From the NCBI GenBank assembly GCA_965652925.1, contig CBFGXL010000003.1:9-64008 (forward strand): a stretch of DNA of 64,000 nt, in the 5' to 3' direction. Every line of letters starts with the position of its first letter. The stretch's first letter is position 1. Shown piece after piece: positions 59,676-64,000 of this stretch. A program made the position numbers and the translations under genes. The notes beneath the pieces are model-generated. The model saw only the letters and a program-made list of their open reading frames with translations. It made no database searches and was not told the origin of the DNA. This DNA comes from an uncultured bacterium. Its GTDB lineage: Bacteria > Patescibacteriota > Minisyncoccia > Phycocordibacterales > UBA918.

Positions 59676-60251
59676 ATGACAGGAAGACTCTATTTTATAC
59701 TTGGTTCGACCTTCTTTATGGGCGTGTTTGCTGGTGTGTATTTGTATGTTTCTGCTTTTGCGCCCACACACCAGGAAGGTGTTGCAGATGACCAGGTGGA
59801 TGATGATGCGATCGTCCTTGAGGGTCAAATGTATGGCGGGTGCAGTCGTACAGAGTCATGCGCATCTTTCAGGCTCATTGATGGCAGAAAGTATAACTAC
59901 CTGGAAACCACTGGTGAAGAAGTGAAGAAAGGGATTTTGCCGAAAAGTATACGTGAAGACCTTGAGGGAGTGTTTGATGACGTGTCATTGCAGCGCTATG
60001 CACAGAAGGTTGGAAATACGTCGTGCACTTCGTATGTTGATGGCGTGGACTTTATGTACACCATCTCTAAAGATGGTGAGCGCTACTTATGGGATACGTG
60101 TACGACGTGGCTTTCACAAGATACGGGTTTACAAGAAGTATTTCGCAGTGTCTGGTATGCAATGGAAAATCCGGATGAAAACAAGGAAATAGATTTATTT
60201 GAAAAGAACATTTTTGATATCTTCTGGGACCGTTTCCACCAGCGATCATAA
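59676..60251 (+). CDS. membrane-anchored hypothetical protein
   Basis: N-terminal TM, four Cys (YGGC...C, C...C); TGATATACT 7 nt upstream. Confidence 0.65.
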   Translation: MTGRLYFILGSTFFMGVFAGVYLYVSAFAPTHQEGVADDQVDDDAIVLEGQMYGGCSRTESCASFRLIDGRKYNYLETTGEEVKKGILPKSIREDLEGVFDDVSLQRYAQKVGNTSCTSYVDGVDFMYTISKDGERYLWDTCTTWLSQDTGLQEVFRSVWYAMENPDENKEIDLFEKNIFDIFWDRFHQRS

Positions 60252-60379
60252 AATACTGCGATGATGATGAAATAACAGGACAGCCTGTGCCGTAGTAATG
60301 CAAGAAGCTGTACCAATGAAAGAACGTACCGCAGCTTCATTCATGCTGTTCAACCATTATCACTGTAATTATTGTACCT

Positions 60380-60898
60380 ATGCAGGCAAAATCATTACTT
60401 ATACCAATCGCAGCGTTTGCGCTTTCAGCAACTGGAGTAAGCGCTTTTAACAGCGATATTTTACAAAAGGCAGGACTTACCCGAGAGCAGATCAGTGCGT
60501 TTGAAGAGGCACGCGAGTTGCGGAAAGAAGGTGATGTGCAAAAAGCTCGGGAAGTGCTGGAAGATGCGGGTATCGATCTTAAGACCATGGAGTCGGTTCG
60601 CGAGGCCATGCATGCATACAAGCAAGGACTCCATACAGCCATTGATGAAGCAATTGAGGCATATGATTATGTTGCTTTTAAAAAGACTATCGCAGATACA
60701 CCCCTTGCAGACATCGTAACCACAGAAGCGGATTTCGAATTATTTGTGCAGGCGCACCGTCTTCATAAGGAAGGGGAGCATGCACAGGCACGAGCTCTGA
60801 TGGACGAACTGGGTATGGATGATCTCCATAAAAACATGCACACTCCACACATGAACCATATGCTTTTCGGTCATCATCCTCCGTTTTTATCGGAGTAG
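60380..60898 (+). CDS. secreted helical hypothetical protein with His/Met-rich tail
   Basis: signal peptide (VSA|F), helical repeats, HKNMHTPHMNHMLFGHH. Confidence 0.7.
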   Translation: MQAKSLLIPIAAFALSATGVSAFNSDILQKAGLTREQISAFEEARELRKEGDVQKAREVLEDAGIDLKTMESVREAMHAYKQGLHTAIDEAIEAYDYVAFKKTIADTPLADIVTTEADFELFVQAHRLHKEGEHAQARALMDELGMDDLHKNMHTPHMNHMLFGHHPPFLSE

Positions 60899-60935
60899 GT
60901 GCCGAAAGACGAACACATAATTGCCAAACATATAC

Positions 60936-60965
60936 AAAAAACAGCCGTAGGCTGTTTTTTGTTTT
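60936..60965 (+). terminator. intrinsic terminator
   Basis: aaaaaacagcc-gta-ggctgtttttt followed by further T. Confidence 0.75.
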
Positions 60966-61061
60966 CTTTGAGAAAATATATGTACTTATGCAATTGGCTT
61001 AATTGCTGAAAGAAAAGCGAAGGTTATACTATAAAATTGAAGTAAGGCCTAATATATTTTC

Positions 61062-62213
61062 ATGAGAAATTTTCTTGTTTTCGTTAATGTTGTTTTCGCA
61101 TATGTTTTCATGAGAAAAATTTTTGTTTTCGTTATTGTTGTTTCCGTACTTGCATTAAGCGCATATGTATTTAGGGACTATATCGATCTATCTCTATTTA
61201 ATAGGGTAGAGATTGAAGAGTCCAAAAAAGCTGAGCCACTTGTTGAGAAATTGAACTCAGAATTGCTCGATCAGGTCAGAAATGTCCCTGATGAACTCGC
61301 ACAAGAATTGCGCTCGACGCGTCTGTATCTCATGCTTCGCGGGAACAATCAAAACGTGACCAAATCTTATGTGTTTGAGAATGGGGCGTTTGCAACGGAC
61401 CATTCTCAAGGCATCGTGGATTATTTTTATTCGTTCGCAAACGATGGAAGCAAACTGACCTTCTTCGCTGTTCCTCACGAGACTGAAGAAGGGTCCGGAG
61501 GATGGGCTGAAAATGCAAAGCTTTTTGTTGCAAGTTCAACAGAGGTGGCAAGTACGCCTTTCCCTCTTTTGGCTAACAGCATGGTATTGGACGAGTCAAC
61601 GATCAAATACAAGCAGCATCCTAGGATCTCAAACGCGGGGGATGTGCTCTTCGTTGGCTGGGATCAAAGTTGGGAGCCTATTGTTGAAAATGTCGATGAC
61701 TGGTCAATATATTCAGTTGTTGACGGCAAAGCTCAGTTCTTAACCAATGGTTTCATGCCAAAGTGGCTTAATGACGATGAGTTCATCTATCTTAAAAACG
61801 ACGGTCTTTACATAAGCAATAAGGATAACTCCGAAGTTGTCCAACTCTACGAAGTTCCTGAAGGCAAAATTATTCAAAATAATAACAATTTTGACATCTC
61901 TCCAAATGGCGACCAGATCGCTTGGATCCAGCCCGATAATGGCCAAGTCGTATTGTTCACACTAACTGAAGACCGTGAACTCATTGAAGAAGCCACTTTC
62001 AAAGCAAAAGGCTTTTGGGTGACCTTCTCCCCAAGCGGCAAGTACTTGGCAGCTCAGACGATCTCCGAAAGCGCAACAGGAATGGAAGCAGATCCTCAAG
62101 CGAAGATAGAATTCTTTGATACTGAAACAAAGATGAAGATCTCAGAATTGGAGATCGCGCTGAGCGATTTCAATCAATTATTCATGTTCATAAACGACTG
62201 GGTAACACGATAA
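61062..62213 (+). CDS. membrane-anchored beta-propeller (TolB/WD40-like) protein
   Basis: repeated FANDGSKL, ISPNGDQIA and FSPSGKYLA blade motifs; duplicated N-terminal segment (alternative start 61110). Confidence 0.7.
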   Translation: MRNFLVFVNVVFAYVFMRKIFVFVIVVSVLALSAYVFRDYIDLSLFNRVEIEESKKAEPLVEKLNSELLDQVRNVPDELAQELRSTRLYLMLRGNNQNVTKSYVFENGAFATDHSQGIVDYFYSFANDGSKLTFFAVPHETEEGSGGWAENAKLFVASSTEVASTPFPLLANSMVLDESTIKYKQHPRISNAGDVLFVGWDQSWEPIVENVDDWSIYSVVDGKAQFLTNGFMPKWLNDDEFIYLKNDGLYISNKDNSEVVQLYEVPEGKIIQNNNNFDISPNGDQIAWIQPDNGQVVLFTLTEDRELIEEATFKAKGFWVTFSPSGKYLAAQTISESATGMEADPQAKIEFFDTETKMKISELEIALSDFNQLFMFINDWVTR

Positions 62214-62217
62214 AAAT

Positions 62218-62790
62218 ATGAAAAGCAAAATCAACGTTTTCGATGCGGCTAATTGGGGACCCTGGGAAACTTTTCTACTGGCGGGTGTGTTATTTATAGC
62301 AATATTTTCCCCTGCTCCTGCGAATGCGAGCCATAGAGATGGCCATAACTACAACCCTGCAAATGACCCTTCATATGGTGTTCCCTGTCCCAATATCTAC
62401 AATACAAGCAGTTATTCTCAAGGCAGCTATTCTACGTACGCTCAAGGCAGCTATTCTACGTACGCTCAGGGTAGTTACTACACCCAGGGCCAGTACTACA
62501 GTCAGAGCCAATACTATGTCCAGGGCGCATACATCAATTCACCTGAGCTCAGAGTTCTGCCTAAATTGGTGGAAAAGGACTCCACAACCACTCTGACGTG
62601 GGATGGGGGAAATGCAGACTCGTGCAGGCTCACCGGAGGAAAATTCAACAACTCTTCTGTTTCTGTTATCGGTTCAGCTGATGTTGTGATAACCGGTGAG
62701 ACTACCTTCACTATAGAATGTTTCCTCGGTCCGCAACAAAGCACCCATAGTGTTACCGTTAAGGTCGTCCCTGAGATAGAGGAAACTTAA
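62218..62790 (+). CDS. secreted protein with Y-x-Q-G-x-Y low-complexity repeats and C-terminal Ig-like domain
   Basis: signal peptide (ANA|S), SYSQGSYSTYAQGSYSTYAQGSYYTQGQYY, TTLTW...C...FTIEC. Confidence 0.7.
   Translation: MKSKINVFDAANWGPWETFLLAGVLFIAIFSPAPANASHRDGHNYNPANDPSYGVPCPNIYNTSSYSQGSYSTYAQGSYSTYAQGSYYTQGQYYSQSQYYVQGAYINSPELRVLPKLVEKDSTTTLTWDGGNADSCRLTGGKFNNSSVSVIGSADVVITGETTFTIECFLGPQQSTHSVTVKVVPEIEET
62417..62468 (+). repeat. 24-bp in-frame tandem repeat (2 exact copies plus partial)
   Basis: ctcaaggcagctattctacgtacg x2. Confidence 0.85.
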
Positions 62791-62837
62791 GCAGAGATCA
62801 CTTTTTTGCTGGATGGCTGTTCTGCTATTATTATTCT

Positions 62838-63461
62838 ATGCCAGCGTTGATCATTTCCGTGTTGTTGCTCCCAATAGTGGTGTGGGCTGACTCCGATATA
62901 GTGGTTGGACCGCAAAAAGCAAGCGATGTACTTACGCTTGATCCTTCCTCTGCAGATCTTTTCGGCAGGCTTGAAGGATTCCCACATACTTTTGAGTTTG
63001 ACGTGAGAGAGACACTCCCACTGGAAGCGGTTGTCTTTGTCCACGATACCAAAGATCAGAAGAACGACGCATCTATCATCGTTGTAAAAAAGGAACGTCG
63101 TGGTGTTAGTGAAATAGGGAGAACAAAAGCGAAAGAATCTCCCTGGACCTCTTCAAAAGATATGATTTTAGTTGAATCGTTCAGACAAGGTGGGGTTCTT
63201 GATGCATCGCTCGAACCTGGGTCATATATTTTGGAAGTAAGCTCGCCTAATAATGATGCGAAGTATCGTCTTACAGTAGGAAATCCTGACCGTGGCTATT
63301 TCGAAAACCTCAAAGCTTTATTTCAGTTGAAAAAACTTTATGGAACATCGTATCTGAGCGCCGTGCTATCACCGCTCCTCTATATACCGTTGTCTATTAT
63401 CTTCACAGTCGCGCTGATGTTCTTTTCTTGGAAAAAGAAACAATGGCTTCTAAAAAAGTGA
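62838..63461 (+). CDS. exported hypothetical protein with C-terminal TM anchor
   Basis: signal peptide, FGRLEG.P, LEPGSYILEVSS..N..KY.L.VG, TM + KKK. Confidence 0.7.
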   Translation: MPALIISVLLLPIVVWADSDIVVGPQKASDVLTLDPSSADLFGRLEGFPHTFEFDVRETLPLEAVVFVHDTKDQKNDASIIVVKKERRGVSEIGRTKAKESPWTSSKDMILVESFRQGGVLDASLEPGSYILEVSSPNNDAKYRLTVGNPDRGYFENLKALFQLKKLYGTSYLSAVLSPLLYIPLSIIFTVALMFFSWKKKQWLLKK

Positions 63462-63757
63462 AAAAGATCTCCGTAGAAAAAACCAAACAACCATGGTTTG
63501 TCTATATGATGCAATGTGCCGATGCTTCGCTGTATACGGGTATTACCATAGATCTCGAACGCAGGATGCGCGAACATAACGATATACGCAAGGGGGCAAA
63601 ATATACCCGTGCGCGGCAGCCCATTGTACTTGCTTATACTGAGTCTGCAGAAAACCGAAGTGCAGCTTTAAAGCGTGAAGCTGCGCTCAAAAAACTTCCC
63701 CGGAAAGAGAAGCTTCTCTTGATCCACAAGGAGTCTAGACAAAAGGATATTTTATAG
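63443..63757 (+). CDS. GIY-YIG nuclease family protein (UPF0213/YazA-like)
   Basis: [40 protein letters not shown]. Confidence 0.9.
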   Translation: MASKKVKKISVEKTKQPWFVYMMQCADASLYTGITIDLERRMREHNDIRKGAKYTRARQPIVLAYTESAENRSAALKREAALKKLPRKEKLLLIHKESRQKDIL

Positions 63758-63810
63758 GTATTCTGTTGCTCTTATTACGGCGTTGCGAAGCGCCATTTTT
63801 TAATGAACAC

Positions 63811-64000
63811 ATGAGCCAAGAAATACGAAACATTGCAATTATTGCCCACGTAGACCATGGGAAAACTACACTTACTGATGCTCTTATGGAGCAGACTGGT
63901 TTTCGTGAAGCAAATCAGACAATGGACAGCAATGCGCTTGAGCTTGAACGCGGGATCACTATCTACGCAAAGAACACCTCCATTGAATATAAAGGGACGA
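63811..64000 (+). CDS. typA: translational GTPase TypA/BipA (5' part, runs off the window)
   Basis: [21 protein letters not shown]...[19 protein letters not shown]. Confidence 0.9.
   Translation, partial: MSQEIRNIAIIAHVDHGKTTLTDALMEQTGFREANQTMDSNALELERGITIYAKNTSIEYKGT

Noticed and set aside
62417-62468. 24-bp direct repeats as a CRISPR array
   Set aside because: Copies are contiguous with no spacers, in frame within a CDS, and no cas genes are present.
63443-63757. GIY-YIG as a homing endonuclease or mobile element
   Set aside because: Short stand-alone UPF0213-type protein, no intron or DNA-binding extension.

Overview
Dense, prophage-free and transposase-free stretch of a small bacterial genome. 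Gene content and style (rarA, orphan substrate-binding proteins, CPR-type pilins, DUF5667/Gmad2-like proteins, Fe-S-less MutY, few Shine-Dalgarno sites, TGA used as stop) point to Patescibacteria/CPR, probably Parcubacteria; this assignment is inference. In order: rarA, PAP2, msrB/msrA; a ~13 kb signalling island (4.3-17.3 kb) running directly into a type IV pilus operon (17.3-24.5 kb); a copper/His-rich cluster with CopCD, a cupredoxin and DsbA; a DUF1704 peptidase / GNAT-like / ATP-grasp trio; a GH1-EamA-GH cluster; nth, mutY, MFS, rnj, peptide SBP, secG, groES/groEL; lemA-MazG-like x2-DUF2207-htpX, with DUF2207 broken by an exact 629-bp tandem duplication; tRNA-Ser(GGA); several secreted proteins; and the start of typA. 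Best candidates for new biology: (1) three unrelated sensor proteins (CHASE4-HAMP, a XylF-coupled HAMP receptor, a FIST-coupled PAS protein) that lack any output domain and all end in the identical peptide RELKMIELK, suggesting a modular split-kinase input hub feeding one histidine kinase and the pilus; (2) an embedded operon of a eukaryote-like guanidinoacetate methyltransferase, a pyruvoyl decarboxylase, a GNAT, a 7TM histidine kinase and a response regulator, resembling a signal synthesis-and-sensing cassette. All family assignments are by motif recognition; no searches were run.
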